A DNA stretch of 64,000 nt from an uncultured Spirochaetota bacterium (GCA_963734545.1 CAVTHO010000005.1:96001-160000), one strand, 5' to 3'. Shown: positions 9,123 through 20,242, numbered from the stretch's first letter. Notes: generated by a model from the letters alone, not told the origin. Numbers and translations: made by a program.

Positions 9123-10148
9123 ATGAAGAAAGCACTTTTGTTGCTGGTCGCGCTCGCGATCCTGGCCCCGATGGCATTCGCCGGCGGAGCAGCTGAGTCG
9201 CAGAAGCCCATGAAAATCGCGTTTTTCGTGTCGGACCTGTCCAACGTGTTCCACCAGGGGCAGTTCACCGAGGCAAAGAGGTACGCCAAGGAAAAATACA
9301 ACGCCGAAGTGTACGCCTTTGACGGCAAGTCCGACGGCGCTGTCATGACCCAGAACGTGGACCAGGTCGTGGCACAGGGCATGGACGCGGCCACCCTGCA
9401 CATCTGGGACGCTGAAGCAGCGACGCCCGGTGTCAACGCGGCGCTCAAGAAGGGCATCATCATGACGTCGTTCTTCAGCCCGCTGGGCGACACGGGCATT
9501 CCCACGGCCCGCAGCGATGAGGCAGGTATCTCCTTCGCGATGGGCGTGGAGATGGCCAAACAGTGGAAAGCGGCATTCCCGAACAAACCGATCGTGATGG
9601 TGCAGCTCGGATGGCCGAACCACACGGAAGTGAAGTCCGGACGCACCGACCCCTTCGTGAAGGGCGTTCTCTCTGTGGATCCGAAGGCCACGAATCTCGG
9701 ATGCCAGGATGCAAGCAAGGGACCCGACGCGACCAAGCAGATCGTCCTGGACCTCGTGACCCAGCATCCCGAAGTCAACCTGATCTACTCCGAAGCGTCC
9801 AACCTGACGGTCGGCACCATGGCCGCCCTGACCCAGGCCGGCAGGGGCAAGTTCGCCAACGGCAAGCCGCTCACGGAAATCGTCTGCAGCGTCGACTTCG
9901 ACGAGGTCGAGATGAAGAGCCTGTACGATCCCAACAGCTCGCTGAAGCTCTCCATGGGTCTTCCGCCCATCGAAACGGGCCGCGGCAGGATCGACCTCAT
10001 CATGGACATCAAGAACGGCAAAGTGAAGCCGACTTCGCAGCCCGCGGTGGAGAAGTTCTACAAGGCGTACAACATCTCCTATTGGACGATGCCGCGCGCC
10101 GACGCCGTGAAGTGGCTCAACAGCCAGTTCGGAACCAGCGTTCAGTAG
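9123..10148 (+). CDS. Sugar ABC transporter substrate-binding protein (RbsB-like)
   Basis: Signal peptide MKKALLLLVALAILAPMAFAGG; type 1 periplasmic binding fold; operon context. Confidence 0.88.
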   Translation: MKKALLLLVALAILAPMAFAGGAAESQKPMKIAFFVSDLSNVFHQGQFTEAKRYAKEKYNAEVYAFDGKSDGAVMTQNVDQVVAQGMDAATLHIWDAEAATPGVNAALKKGIIMTSFFSPLGDTGIPTARSDEAGISFAMGVEMAKQWKAAFPNKPIVMVQLGWPNHTEVKSGRTDPFVKGVLSVDPKATNLGCQDASKGPDATKQIVLDLVTQHPEVNLIYSEASNLTVGTMAALTQAGRGKFANGKPLTEIVCSVDFDEVEMKSLYDPNSSLKLSMGLPPIETGRGRIDLIMDIKNGKVKPTSQPAVEKFYKAYNISYWTMPRADAVKWLNSQFGTSVQ

Positions 10149-10164
10149 ACTGACCTGATTTTCG

Positions 10165-10195
10165 GCAGGGGGAAGGCGCGCACGCTTCCCCCTGC
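10165..10195 (+). other. Intercistronic stem-loop after the binding-protein gene (mRNA stabiliser or attenuator)
   Basis: 11-bp stem GCAGGGGGAAG/CTTCCCCCTGC, no U-tract. Confidence 0.6.
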
Positions 10196-10214
10196 TGCCG
10201 TGAGGGAGCCGACG

Positions 10215-11705
10215 ATGAAACTGACAGACAACGTCTTGGAGATCAGGGACCTTCTGAAGGAGTTCCCCAGCGTGCAGGCAGTCAACAACGTCAGCTTCGA
10301 CATCAAGAGAAATACCGTCCACTGCCTGGTGGGCGAAAATGGCGCGGGGAAATCCACCCTGATCAAGATCCTCACGGGCGCGACAATGCGATCGGGCGGC
10401 ACGATGCTGCTCAACGGTGAGGAATACAATCCGCACAGTCCCAAGGAAGCAAAGCAGAAAGGGATCAGCACGCTGTTCCAGGAGCTGAACGTGGTGGACC
10501 AGCTCACGGTGGAAGAAAACCTGACGCTGGGCATGGAGGACACGACGTTCGGTTTTCTCCGCAAGACGGACAAGATCAACAAGATCGTCAGCGTGATGAA
10601 CAGCCTGGAGCCCTCCATCAACCCGCGGCAGCTGGTCTCCACCCTGAGCGTGGCAAAGAAGCAGATCGTGGAGATCGCAAAAGCGGTGGCCACCGAATCC
10701 GATATCATCATCATGGACGAACCGACCGCCGCGATCTCCGAAAGCGAGATCGCCCGCCTGTTCAAGATCGTCAAGGGTCTGCGCGAGAAGAACGTGACCG
10801 TCATCTACATATCCCACCGGCTGGACGAAATATTCGAGCTCGGAGACTACGTCACGGTCATGCGTGACGGCAGGCACATCGACACGAAGCCCGTGTCCGA
10901 GATAAAGGAACGCTCCGACCTCATCAAGATGATGATCGGGAAGACGGTTTTCGAGCAGTACACGCCGAAGGAGGGCGCCTGCAAGGACGTCATCCTCCAG
11001 GTCAAAAACCTTTCCAACCACAAGCTGAACAATGTGTCATTCGACGTCCACGAGGGGGAGATCGTCGGCTTCTACGGCCTGGTAGGCGCGGGCAAGACGG
11101 AGCTCGCGCGCGCCATCTACGGCGCCGACGCGTACACCGGCGAGATCACTTTCAAGGGAAAGAAGCTGTCCCCCGCTCCCGACAAGGTGATCGAGGCAGG
11201 GATCGCCCTGGTGCCGGAGGAACGAAGGTCCCAGGGGCTTTTTACCGTGCTGACGATCCGCGGCAATGTGCCCGTGATGAACATGGGAAAGATCTCCCGC
11301 AATGGCTTCATCAATGCGGGGCAGGAAAAAAAGGCCACTCTCGAATACATCGACAAGCTCAGGATCGCCACCAGCAGCACGGAAAAGGAGGCATCGAAGC
11401 TTTCCGGAGGCAACCAGCAGAAGGTGGTTCTTTCCAAGTGCCTGTTCGCGGACGCCGATCTCCTCATGCTGGACGAGCCGACGCGCGGCATCGACGTAGG
11501 CGCAAAGAGCGAGATCTACGGCATCATCCGCCGGCTCTCCGCGGAAGGAAAATCCATCATGATTTTCTCCTCGGAGCTGCCGGAGGTGGTCAACATATGC
11601 GACACGATCTATCTCCTGTTTGACGGGAGCGTGAAGGACATGATCAGAAACGGATGCGACATCGACAGTGAGAAGATCATCCACGTTGTCACAGGGGGAA
11701 ACTGA
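10215..11705 (+). CDS. Sugar ABC transporter ATP-binding protein (CUT2, RbsA-like)
   Basis: GENGAGKST, MDEPT, YISHRLDE, LSGGNQQK and LDEPTRGIDVGAK motifs. Confidence 0.95.
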   Translation: MKLTDNVLEIRDLLKEFPSVQAVNNVSFDIKRNTVHCLVGENGAGKSTLIKILTGATMRSGGTMLLNGEEYNPHSPKEAKQKGISTLFQELNVVDQLTVEENLTLGMEDTTFGFLRKTDKINKIVSVMNSLEPSINPRQLVSTLSVAKKQIVEIAKAVATESDIIIMDEPTAAISESEIARLFKIVKGLREKNVTVIYISHRLDEIFELGDYVTVMRDGRHIDTKPVSEIKERSDLIKMMIGKTVFEQYTPKEGACKDVILQVKNLSNHKLNNVSFDVHEGEIVGFYGLVGAGKTELARAIYGADAYTGEITFKGKKLSPAPDKVIEAGIALVPEERRSQGLFTVLTIRGNVPVMNMGKISRNGFINAGQEKKATLEYIDKLRIATSSTEKEASKLSGGNQQKVVLSKCLFADADLLMLDEPTRGIDVGAKSEIYGIIRRLSAEGKSIMIFSSELPEVVNICDTIYLLFDGSVKDMIRNGCDIDSEKIIHVVTGGN

Positions 11706-11706
11706 C

Positions 11707-12726
11707 GTGGAAACGAACCAGTCGAGAAGACGGATCGGCAGCCGATTGAGCAACGAGTCGTTCAATACCCTTTTCATGATCGGGGTCCTTGTCGCCCTCT
11801 TCGGCATTGCCTGCGCGGTCGTGCCCAACTTCTATCTGCCGCAGAACATGCTCAACCTCCTGACGAACAACTGGTTCGTCATCATCATAGGGATCGGTGT
11901 CACGTTCCTGCTGATCACGGGCAACTTCGACATGTCGGTCGGCGGCGTCATCGCGTTGACGGGCGTGCTGTCCGTCTATTTCTGCCAGGGGGTGAATGTA
12001 TCCCAGAACGCGCTGGCCAACGGGCTGGGATTCCCGTACGGCGTGGCGGTTGCGCTGGCCCTCTTGTGCGCCATGGGAATCGGGGCGATCAACGCATTCT
12101 TCATCGCCCGCCTCAAGGTGCCTTCCATCATCATCACGCTGGGCACGATGATGCTCGCGCGCGGCATTGCCCAGGTCATCACGCTGGGCGCCCAGAGGAA
12201 TACCAGCCTGCCGGACGTATTCGGTGTCGTGGGAAACATGGCCATCGGCGGCACCTCCATCAAGGTTTCGGTCCTGATCATGGTTCTCCTCGTGGTCGCT
12301 GCATTCATCTTCGAAAAGATGACGGTGTCCGGCCGCCGCACGTATCTCATCGGGGCCAATCCCGTCGCTGCCCGGCTTTCGGGAATAAAAGTGGGACGGC
12401 ACCTCACCTCGCTGTACCTGATCAGCGCCCTGCTGGCGGGCATCACGGGGATCCTTCTTGCCTCCGAGTTCAAGGCCGGTGTGTCGAACCGTGCAACGGG
12501 ATACGAGTTCGATGCGCTGGTGGTATCTCTCCTGGGCGGCGTGAGTATCGCGGGCGGGTTCGGCTCCGTGCTGGGGATGTTCGTCGGCGCGGTGATTCTC
12601 TCCGTGATGACCACGTCCGCCACCGGCCTGCTGCTGTCGCCGGACTGGCAATTCACCCTCAAGGGCATCGTGACATTCATCGCGATCCTCGCGCAGCGGT
12701 TTGCCCTGGACAGAAGGAAGGGCTGA
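11707..12726 (+). CDS. Sugar ABC transporter permease (RbsC-like)
   Basis: Multi-TM; FDMSVGG, IGANPVAARLSG and LLGGVSIAGG motifs. Confidence 0.93.
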   Translation: METNQSRRRIGSRLSNESFNTLFMIGVLVALFGIACAVVPNFYLPQNMLNLLTNNWFVIIIGIGVTFLLITGNFDMSVGGVIALTGVLSVYFCQGVNVSQNALANGLGFPYGVAVALALLCAMGIGAINAFFIARLKVPSIIITLGTMMLARGIAQVITLGAQRNTSLPDVFGVVGNMAIGGTSIKVSVLIMVLLVVAAFIFEKMTVSGRRTYLIGANPVAARLSGIKVGRHLTSLYLISALLAGITGILLASEFKAGVSNRATGYEFDALVVSLLGGVSIAGGFGSVLGMFVGAVILSVMTTSATGLLLSPDWQFTLKGIVTFIAILAQRFALDRRKG

Positions 12727-12730
12727 CGAC

Positions 12731-13774
12731 ATGAACGTGAACAACGGGAAGCAGGAAATGCTGCGCGCCGAGCGGGATCGATCGGAGTCGCTCAGAAAGA
12801 ATATCAAGAACCTCTATATCTACGTCGTCCTGGTCCTGATCGTCGTGGTCTTCAGCGTGGTGAAGCTGGGCCAGGTGGAGATGTTCGGCCGCGGGCACTT
12901 TCTCAGCCCGGACAGCATCATCAATCTCCTGCGCTCCGCCGCTCCCATACTCACCCTCGGAGGCGCTTTCACGCTGTTGATGATCTCCGGCTACATCGAC
13001 CTGTCCGTGGGCAGCGCGATGAGCTTGAGCGCGGTCGTGTTCGCCTGGCTGATCCTGAACGGGTTCCCGTTTCTTCCCGCTTTCATCATCACGGCGATCG
13101 TGGGAGTCGGGATGGGATACCTCAATGGTTTCCTGGTCGTGAAGCTGCGCATCACGCCCGTGATCGCCACGCTGGTGACGCTGAACCTCTTCAAGGGCAT
13201 CGCGCTTCTGATCGTGCCGGGCGGTTTGTCGGCCATCAAGGGGAGCGCGGCCAGGGTCATGCCGGCCTGGATCAATGACTACGGCCGCAAGGACGTGATT
13301 CTCGGCCTGCCATGGGCGTTCTTCGTCGCGCTTGCCGTGATCGCCGTGCTGGTCATCGTGCAGAGGAAGACGATCGTCGGCAAGTATGCCGCCGCAATCG
13401 GCGGTAACCGGACTGCGGCGGAGTTGTCCGGCATCAACGCGGTGAAGTGGGTGTGGGTTCTGTATATCATGGTGGGGTTCTTTGCTGCGTTCGCCGGCAC
13501 CGCGCGGGCCAGCTACATGTCCCTCGGGGACCCCCTTTCGGGGGACGGCATGGAGCTCGACTGCATCATCGCCGTCCTGCTGGGGGGCACTGCCTTCTCC
13601 GGCGGCGAGGGATCGGTTGCGAAAACTATCGTCGGCGCGCTCATCATCATGTGCGTGACAACGGGGCTGATGACGGTCATTCCCGCGTTCTGGCAGGTGG
13701 TGGCCAAGGGCAGCGTGCTCCTCCTCGCCGTCGTCCTCAACCACGTGCTGGTGCAGGAAAAGGCGACCGCATAG
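12731..13774 (+). CDS. Sugar ABC transporter permease (RbsC-like)
   Basis: Multi-TM; IDLSVGS, IGGNRTAAELSG and AVLLGGTAFSGGEG motifs. Confidence 0.93.
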   Translation: MNVNNGKQEMLRAERDRSESLRKNIKNLYIYVVLVLIVVVFSVVKLGQVEMFGRGHFLSPDSIINLLRSAAPILTLGGAFTLLMISGYIDLSVGSAMSLSAVVFAWLILNGFPFLPAFIITAIVGVGMGYLNGFLVVKLRITPVIATLVTLNLFKGIALLIVPGGLSAIKGSAARVMPAWINDYGRKDVILGLPWAFFVALAVIAVLVIVQRKTIVGKYAAAIGGNRTAAELSGINAVKWVWVLYIMVGFFAAFAGTARASYMSLGDPLSGDGMELDCIIAVLLGGTAFSGGEGSVAKTIVGALIIMCVTTGLMTVIPAFWQVVAKGSVLLLAVVLNHVLVQEKATA

Positions 13775-13776
13775 TC

Positions 13777-15048
13777 ATGATCCGGGAAAAGGAGGTCCAG
13801 TCACTGCGGAGGCTCGCCGGCCGCTGGATGGAACATGCCTCCCATCCGGTGATGGCCGAAAGGCGCCGGCAGTGGCGGGCGGTGAAGGACCTGAAAGCGG
13901 AAAGGCCCATGATCCTCGTGGAAACCTGCATGCTGGCGGACTACATCGGCAGGAACGAGCTGATCTGCGAGGACCCCTATGTCCGCAACATCGAGAAGTC
14001 CCTCTACGAAATCGTGCGGCACGCCGACGAGATCGGGGACGACATCGTGGTGGACCCGTATTTCCGGATCCCCTGGGTCCTGGAGATCTCCGACTACGGT
14101 GTGCCGATCGAGGCGCACCATGCCGTCACCTCCAGCGGCAGCGACCTGGGCTATTCCTTCAACTTCGGGGTGCAGTCGGAAAAGGACGCGCGCAAGCTCC
14201 ACGTGCGCACCCGCAGCGTGAACCGGCGGGAGAGTCTCCACCAGAAGGACCTCCTGGAGGACATCTTCGGCGACATCCTGCCGGTGCGTCTTGGCGGCTA
14301 CGATCATTTCGATCCCGACCCGGGCTATCGTCCCTGGCTGGGCAACCTCTACGCCGGCCTTACCATGGACCTGTTCAAGCTGATCGGCAATGACAACCTG
14401 CTCACCTGGGTCTATGACAAGCCGGCCCTGCTCCACGCCATCATGACGGTGATCCGCGACGATCGCAAAGCGCACTTCCGGTTCCTGGAAAAGGAGGGGC
14501 TTCTCTACCAGAACACGGACACGTGGATGCCCTGCCCCGGCAGCTACGGCTTCGTGTCGGACCTGCCGCAGCCGGACCACGACGGCAAGGTGCGGCTGGC
14601 GGACTGCTGGTGCTGGACCGAATCCCAGGAGAGCGCGCCGATATCACCGACCATGTTCGAGGAGTTCTTTCTCCCCGCCATCGCCGAGGTCACCCGGCCG
14701 TTCGGGCTCACCTACTATGGGTGCTGTGAAGGGCTGCATGACCGGTTCCCGCGCATTGCAAGAGCGATCCCGAACCTCCGCGCGGTCTCGGTGTCCGGGT
14801 GGAGCGATCTTGCCTGCATGGGCGAGATGCTGGGCAGGAAGTACGTGTACTCGCGCAAGCCGACGCCCGCCTACATCAGCGGCGCGCACCCGAACTGGGA
14901 GCTTCTGAAAAAAGACGTGCGGGACACGCTGAGTGCCGCGAAAGACTGCAGCCTCGAGTTCTGCTTCCGCGACATCTACACCATCGACGGCGACCGGTCC
15001 CGGCTGTCGCGATGGGTCCGCATGACCCGGGCGATGATGGGAGAGTGA
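13777..15048 (+). CDS. Uncharacterised protein, probable divergent URO-D/methyltransferase-like TIM barrel
   Basis: 423 aa soluble protein; SQESAPISPTMFEEFFLP and YYGCCEGLH motifs; coupled to the ABC operon. Confidence 0.65.
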   Translation: MIREKEVQSLRRLAGRWMEHASHPVMAERRRQWRAVKDLKAERPMILVETCMLADYIGRNELICEDPYVRNIEKSLYEIVRHADEIGDDIVVDPYFRIPWVLEISDYGVPIEAHHAVTSSGSDLGYSFNFGVQSEKDARKLHVRTRSVNRRESLHQKDLLEDIFGDILPVRLGGYDHFDPDPGYRPWLGNLYAGLTMDLFKLIGNDNLLTWVYDKPALLHAIMTVIRDDRKAHFRFLEKEGLLYQNTDTWMPCPGSYGFVSDLPQPDHDGKVRLADCWCWTESQESAPISPTMFEEFFLPAIAEVTRPFGLTYYGCCEGLHDRFPRIARAIPNLRAVSVSGWSDLACMGEMLGRKYVYSRKPTPAYISGAHPNWELLKKDVRDTLSAAKDCSLEFCFRDIYTIDGDRSRLSRWVRMTRAMMGE

Positions 15049-15127
15049 TCCTCCGCCCCCGACTCCCGCCGTCCGCGCGGCCCGAAGTTTGACGAACGTC
15101 ATGGCACATGCTAGTGTGGGGAGAAGT

Positions 15128-16636
15128 ATGAACGCGCGCACCTGGCTGATGGGAATCGACAACGGGGGCACGGTGACGAAAGCCGCGCTGTACGACACGG
15201 CAGGCAGAGAGATCGCCGTTTCGAGCGTGAAGACGGAGATGCTCTTCCCGCACCCGGGGCACACGGAAAAGAATATCGATGACCTCTGGGCAGCCAACGC
15301 GGGCGTGATCTCAGAGGTCATGCGGAAGGCGCGGGTCGCGCCGGAGGAAATAGCCGGGCTCGCCGTGACCGGGCACGGAAACGGCATGTACCTCGTCGGA
15401 GCCGACGGGAGACCCGTGCATGACGGGATCAACTCTGCCGACAGCAGGGCCGCTGCCTACGTGGCCCGGTGGTACGAGGACGGCACCTACGAGAGAATTC
15501 TTCCCCGCACGTGTCAGTCGATCTGGGCAGCCCAGCCGGCGGCGCTCCTTGCCTGGTTCATGGACCACGAGCCCGAGACCCTGGCGCGGACGCGCTGGGT
15601 CTTCATGTGCAAGGACTATGTCCGCTATCGCCTCACCGGTGAGGCGTGCGCCGAGGTCACCGACTATTCGGGCCTCAATCTCATGAACGTGCGGGACCTG
15701 CGCTACGACCCCGAAGTGCTTTCCGCGTTCGGGATCACCGGCATCAAGGACAAGCTTCCGCCCATCCGAAAGTCCGGTGAAATCTGCGGCACGGTGAGCA
15801 GGAGCGCGGCGGCGGAAACAGGTCTCCGGGAAGGCACCCCTGTGGCGGGCGGGCTCTTCGACATCAGCGCGTGCGCAATCGGCACGGGCATCACGACCCC
15901 TGACAGGTTGTGCCTCGTCGCGGGCTCCTGGAGCATCAACGAGTACATCAGCCCGGCCCCGGTGCAGGATCGGGACCTGTTCATGACATCCGCATACTGC
16001 ATCCCCGGCTACTGGCTCATCACCGAGGCGAGCGCCACCTCGGCGAGCAACCTCGAGTGGGTGGTTTCGGAGCTGATGCCTGCCGAGCGCAGGGCGGCAC
16101 AGGAAAAGGGCGGCTCCGTGTTCGAAGCGGTCAACGCGATGGTGGACGGCATAGCCCCGGAAGATTCCGATGTGCTGTTTCTGCCCTTCCTCTTCGGCAG
16201 CAGCGCCGGCCCGAAGGCCACCGCGGGCTTCCTCGGCATGCGCGGCTGGCACGGAAGGCCGCACATGCTGCGGGCCGTGTACGAGGGTGTCGTTTTCTCA
16301 CACAAGACCCACATTGACCGGCTCCTCCGGCACCGCGGAAAGCCGCAGGCGGCGCGGATCGCCGGCGGCGCCGCGAAGTCGGAAGTCTGGGTGCAGATGT
16401 TCGCCGATGTCCTGCAGCTTCCCATCGAGCTGACGGCCTGCGAGGAGCTGGGAGCCATGGGCGCCGCAATCTGCGCGGGGGTCGGGGTCGGGTTGTTCGG
16501 CACCTTTGAGGATGCGGTGGAGCGCATGGTGCGCGTGTCCCGCACGGTGGAGCCCAAGAAGGAAAACAGGCAGGTCTACTGCGACAAGTACGGGCGCTAC
16601 ATGCGGCACATCGAGGCGCTGCGTACCGCGTGGTGA
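15128..16636 (+). CDS. FGGY carbohydrate kinase, L-xylulokinase (LyxK)-like
   Basis: GIDNGGTVTKA, TGHGNG, FLPFLFG and YEGVVFSH motifs. Confidence 0.85.
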   Translation: MNARTWLMGIDNGGTVTKAALYDTAGREIAVSSVKTEMLFPHPGHTEKNIDDLWAANAGVISEVMRKARVAPEEIAGLAVTGHGNGMYLVGADGRPVHDGINSADSRAAAYVARWYEDGTYERILPRTCQSIWAAQPAALLAWFMDHEPETLARTRWVFMCKDYVRYRLTGEACAEVTDYSGLNLMNVRDLRYDPEVLSAFGITGIKDKLPPIRKSGEICGTVSRSAAAETGLREGTPVAGGLFDISACAIGTGITTPDRLCLVAGSWSINEYISPAPVQDRDLFMTSAYCIPGYWLITEASATSASNLEWVVSELMPAERRAAQEKGGSVFEAVNAMVDGIAPEDSDVLFLPFLFGSSAGPKATAGFLGMRGWHGRPHMLRAVYEGVVFSHKTHIDRLLRHRGKPQAARIAGGAAKSEVWVQMFADVLQLPIELTACEELGAMGAAICAGVGVGLFGTFEDAVERMVRVSRTVEPKKENRQVYCDKYGRYMRHIEALRTAW

Positions 16637-16642
16637 GCATGC

Positions 16643-17641
16643 ATGGATGATCTCCAGCTCATGGTGAGTGTGGCGCGCATGTACTACCAGCAGGGTCTGA
16701 AGCAGGAAGAGATCGCGAAACGCATGAAGGTCTCCCGCGCCTCCATCTCCCTCATTCTCGCCGAGGCGCGCCGCAGCGGCATCGTCGAGATCACGATCCG
16801 TAACCCCCTGGAGGACAATGCGGAGCTCTCGCGGGCGCTGTGCGCCCAGTTCGGTCTTGCCCGCTGTGTCGTCGTGCCGACCTCCCTCCGGGAGACCGAC
16901 ATCCTCATCGACCTGACCGCCTCCCGCGCCGCGGAGATCTTCGATGAAGAGGCAAAGAGCGGGGACACGGTGGGCATCGCCTGGGGCAGGACCTGTCACG
17001 CCTTCATGTCCCGCTATGCGGCGCGCGGCTTCCTGCAGGGAATGCAGGTGATCCCGATGATCGGGGGCAGCAACAGGAACCTGGAGCGCTACCAGCTGAA
17101 CGAGATGGTGCGTCTGTTCGCGGAGAAGCTGCAGGCCACCCCGTCCTTCATTCATGCACCGGCGCTTGCGTCCTCGCGTGAGGACTTCGCGCTCTACATG
17201 GGAAGCTCGTCCATGAAAGGGGTCATGGAGAAGTGGCGCGCGATCAATATCGCGGTGGTCTCGGTGGGGGCCCCGCCGGTCTCCCGGGAGTTCGACGGCT
17301 CCCGGGTCCTCGCGGCGCGGAAGTCCGCGGCACCCGAGGCGCTCCCCATCGGCGACATCTGCGCGCGCTATTTCGACGTGAAGGGGCGTTTCGTGGAAGA
17401 CGAGCTCTCCGGCCGGATCATCGGCATCCCGGTGGAAAGCCTGCGGCGGATCCCGAAGATCCTCTGCGTGGTCGGGGGACCGGAGAAGGCCTACTCGCTC
17501 CTCGGCGCTCTGAAGACCGGTCTCATCACCATCCTCGTGACGGACGAAAAGACGGCGGCGGCGGTCCTCGAGGCACGCCATGAAGAGGAGTCGGGCCGGA
17601 TCGGGCGAAGCATTGCGCGGCTGTTCGACCAGTCGGAATGA
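16643..17641 (+). CDS. SorC/DeoR-family sugar-binding transcriptional regulator
   Basis: VARMYYQQGLKQEEIA HTH, GIAWGRT and LVTDE motifs. Confidence 0.92.
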   Translation: MDDLQLMVSVARMYYQQGLKQEEIAKRMKVSRASISLILAEARRSGIVEITIRNPLEDNAELSRALCAQFGLARCVVVPTSLRETDILIDLTASRAAEIFDEEAKSGDTVGIAWGRTCHAFMSRYAARGFLQGMQVIPMIGGSNRNLERYQLNEMVRLFAEKLQATPSFIHAPALASSREDFALYMGSSSMKGVMEKWRAINIAVVSVGAPPVSREFDGSRVLAARKSAAPEALPIGDICARYFDVKGRFVEDELSGRIIGIPVESLRRIPKILCVVGGPEKAYSLLGALKTGLITILVTDEKTAAAVLEARHEEESGRIGRSIARLFDQSE

Positions 17642-17677
17642 AGGATGCGCGCTCTCGGCGCGCGGGGAGAACTGAGC

Positions 17678-19243
17678 ATGCGGCATACCACGGGAAACGA
17701 CGCGTACCTGGCGGGTATCGACCTGGGCTCCACGAGCTTGAAGTGCGTCGTGTACGACCTGTCGGGCAACGTCCTTGCCAGCGGCTCGCGGCCGACGGAA
17801 AGATTCCATCCGCACCCCGCGCATCCGGAGTGGACCGAGTGGGACCCGGCGCAGATCTGGGGCGGGACCGCCGCAGCCGTCCGTGACGCACTCGCGAAGG
17901 TGGACCCCGCGCGCATCGCCGCCGTGGCGGTGACCGGCATGGGCATGGACGGGGTTCCTGTCGATGAGAGCGGAAAATGGCTGTACCCGTTCATCAGCTG
18001 GCTCTGTCCCCGGACCGAGCCCCAGCGGCTGTGGTGGGAGAAGAACATCGGGACCGGGAAGACATTCTCCATCGGCGGCAACAACCTCTGGGCGTTCAGC
18101 ACGGCTCTCCGCCTTCTGTGGATGGCAGAACACGAGCCGGATATTCTCCGCCGCACCCGGAAGTGGCTTCTGATCGAAGACTTTCTCAATTTCATGCTCT
18201 GCGGCCGGCAGGCCACTGATTACAGCATGGCCTCCTGCACGCTCCTTTTCGATCAGAAGGCGCGCCGCTGGTCGAAGGAAATGCTCGGGTTGTCCGGCAT
18301 CGACGGCAGCCTCCTGTGCGATCCTGCTCCCAGCGGCACTGTCCTGGGTGAGGTCACCCGCGCAGCCGCCGAGGCCACGGGACTCGGGGAAGGCACCCCC
18401 GTCGTGCTCGGCGGCCACGACTATCTCTGCGGTGCGCTGCCGGTGGGTGCGCTTTCCCCGGGAGTCTTCCTCGATGTGAGCGGGACATGGGAGGTGGTGC
18501 AGGCCACAACGGAAAAACCGGTGCTGACTCCCGAGCTGCAGAGCATCGGGGCCACGGTGGAATGCCATGTTGCCCGGGATCAGTACTCGGTCATGGGCGC
18601 GGCGGTGTCCGCGGAGATGCTCGAGTGGTACCGGCGCGAGTTCGGCGCGGAGGCGCGGGCAAAGGCCGCCGCGCGCGGCTGCGTGGACTGGGAGACTCTG
18701 ATGGAAGAGGCCGCTGCCTCACCGATAGGCAGCCACGGCGTCATGTTCCTGCCCCACATGGGCGGCGCGGGCTGCCCGGTGGTGGACTCCCGTTCGCGGG
18801 GAGGGTTCACCGGCCTGGGCACCACGGCCACGCGCGGCGACATGCTGCGCGCCGTGATCGAAGGGCTGGACTACCAGCTCCTGGACATCATCCAGGAGAT
18901 GAAGAAGAACCTCGGGTTCGACATGCGCACGCTCGTGGTGGCAGGGGGGGCCGTGCGGAACGAGTTCTGGATGCAGAACAAGGCCGACATGACCGGCCAG
19001 CCCATCGAGATGCCCGAGGTGGAGGACGCGAGCCCCCTCGGCGCCGCGATGCTCGCCGGAATCGGTGTCGGCATCTATCGCAATGAGAAAGACGCATACG
19101 ACCATGTGCGGAAGCCGGGCAGGACGTACCAGCCGGATCTCCGGGTTACCGCGCAGTACGCTGAATGGTTTTCCCTCTACAAGTCGCTGTATCCGGCCCT
19201 GAAGCCGGTGAGCCACGCGGTCTCTGAGAAGCTCGGGAGCTAG
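17678..19243 (+). CDS. FGGY carbohydrate kinase (xylulokinase-like)
   Basis: GIDLGSTSLK, GGHD, SGTWE, RAVIEG and LGAAMLAG motifs. Confidence 0.9.
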   Translation: MRHTTGNDAYLAGIDLGSTSLKCVVYDLSGNVLASGSRPTERFHPHPAHPEWTEWDPAQIWGGTAAAVRDALAKVDPARIAAVAVTGMGMDGVPVDESGKWLYPFISWLCPRTEPQRLWWEKNIGTGKTFSIGGNNLWAFSTALRLLWMAEHEPDILRRTRKWLLIEDFLNFMLCGRQATDYSMASCTLLFDQKARRWSKEMLGLSGIDGSLLCDPAPSGTVLGEVTRAAAEATGLGEGTPVVLGGHDYLCGALPVGALSPGVFLDVSGTWEVVQATTEKPVLTPELQSIGATVECHVARDQYSVMGAAVSAEMLEWYRREFGAEARAKAAARGCVDWETLMEEAAASPIGSHGVMFLPHMGGAGCPVVDSRSRGGFTGLGTTATRGDMLRAVIEGLDYQLLDIIQEMKKNLGFDMRTLVVAGGAVRNEFWMQNKADMTGQPIEMPEVEDASPLGAAMLAGIGVGIYRNEKDAYDHVRKPGRTYQPDLRVTAQYAEWFSLYKSLYPALKPVSHAVSEKLGS

Positions 19244-19258
19244 CGGCTCGAGTGCCCG

Positions 19259-20242
19259 CTAGCGCACGAGGTCATGCGCGGCAGCGATGATCTTCGGAAC
19301 CGTCGGGACCACATTCGCCTCGAGCACCGGATTGTACGGGATCGGCACATCGAGGCCTGCCACCCGCCGGATGGGCGCATCGAGATGGAAGAAGGCTTCG
19401 CTGTCCGCGATCACGGCGGCGATTTCCGCGCCGTATCCCGCTGTCTGGCACGCCTCGTGAACGATCATGGCGCGCCCCGTCTTCTTCACTGACTGGATGA
19501 TGCATGCCCTGTCCAGGGGCACGAGGGTGCGGATGTCGATGACCTCCGCGTCGATGCCCTCCGCGGAGAGCATCTCTGCGGCCTCGAGACAGCGTGCCAC
19601 CATGCGCCCGTATGTGACGATCGTGATGCCCGTGCCTGTCCGCTTGACGTCCGCAACGCCAAGAGGGACGTCATACAGGTCGGACGGATCGGGCACGGGT
19701 CCCTTCTGACGGTAGAGGAGCTTCTGCTCGATGAACACCACCGGGTTGGGATCCCTGATGGAGGCTTTCAGCAGGCCCTTCGCATCATAGGGAGTCGAGG
19801 GGATGACGACCTTCAATCCCGGCACGTGGCAGACGAGGGCTTCCAGGCTCTGCGAATGCTGCTCCGCCGCGCCGGTTCCGGAGCCGCCGGCCGTGCGCAG
19901 CACCATGGGAACGGAGACCTGGCCGCCGAACTGGTAGCGGGCCTTGGCCGCCTGGTTGGCGAGCTGCTCGAGGGCGATGGTGAGAAAGTCGCTGAACATG
20001 ATCTCCACAATCGGTCTCATGCCGGTCATTGCCGCCCCGGCAGCGGCGCCCGTGATCGCGTGCTCGGACAGTGGAGTGTCGCGGACCCTTTCTTCCCCGA
20101 ACTCCTGGACCATGCCCCTGGTCACGCCGAAAGCGCCGCCATAGATGCCGATGTCCTCACCGAGGAGAAACACGCGCGGATCCGCCCGCATCTCCTCGCA
20201 CAAAGCCTCGCGGATCGCATCCGCGTAGGTGATCTCTCTCAT
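19259..20242 (-). CDS. acoB: TPP-dependent acetoin/pyruvate dehydrogenase E1 beta subunit
   Basis: [30 protein letters not shown] and DIRTLVPLD motifs. Confidence 0.85.
   Translation of the reverse strand: MREITYADAIREALCEEMRADPRVFLLGEDIGIYGGAFGVTRGMVQEFGEERVRDTPLSEHAITGAAAGAAMTGMRPIVEIMFSDFLTIALEQLANQAAKARYQFGGQVSVPMVLRTAGGSGTGAAEQHSQSLEALVCHVPGLKVVIPSTPYDAKGLLKASIRDPNPVVFIEQKLLYRQKGPVPDPSDLYDVPLGVADVKRTGTGITIVTYGRMVARCLEAAEMLSAEGIDAEVIDIRTLVPLDRACIIQSVKKTGRAMIVHEACQTAGYGAEIAAVIADSEAFFHLDAPIRRVAGLDVPIPYNPVLEANVVPTVPKIIAAAHDLVR

Noticed and set aside
16298-18568. Long antisense ORFs (also 9054-11021, 43142-44998, 53397-54986, 1081-2529)
   Set aside because: Shadow ORFs opposite well-supported genes in GC-rich DNA, with no motifs.
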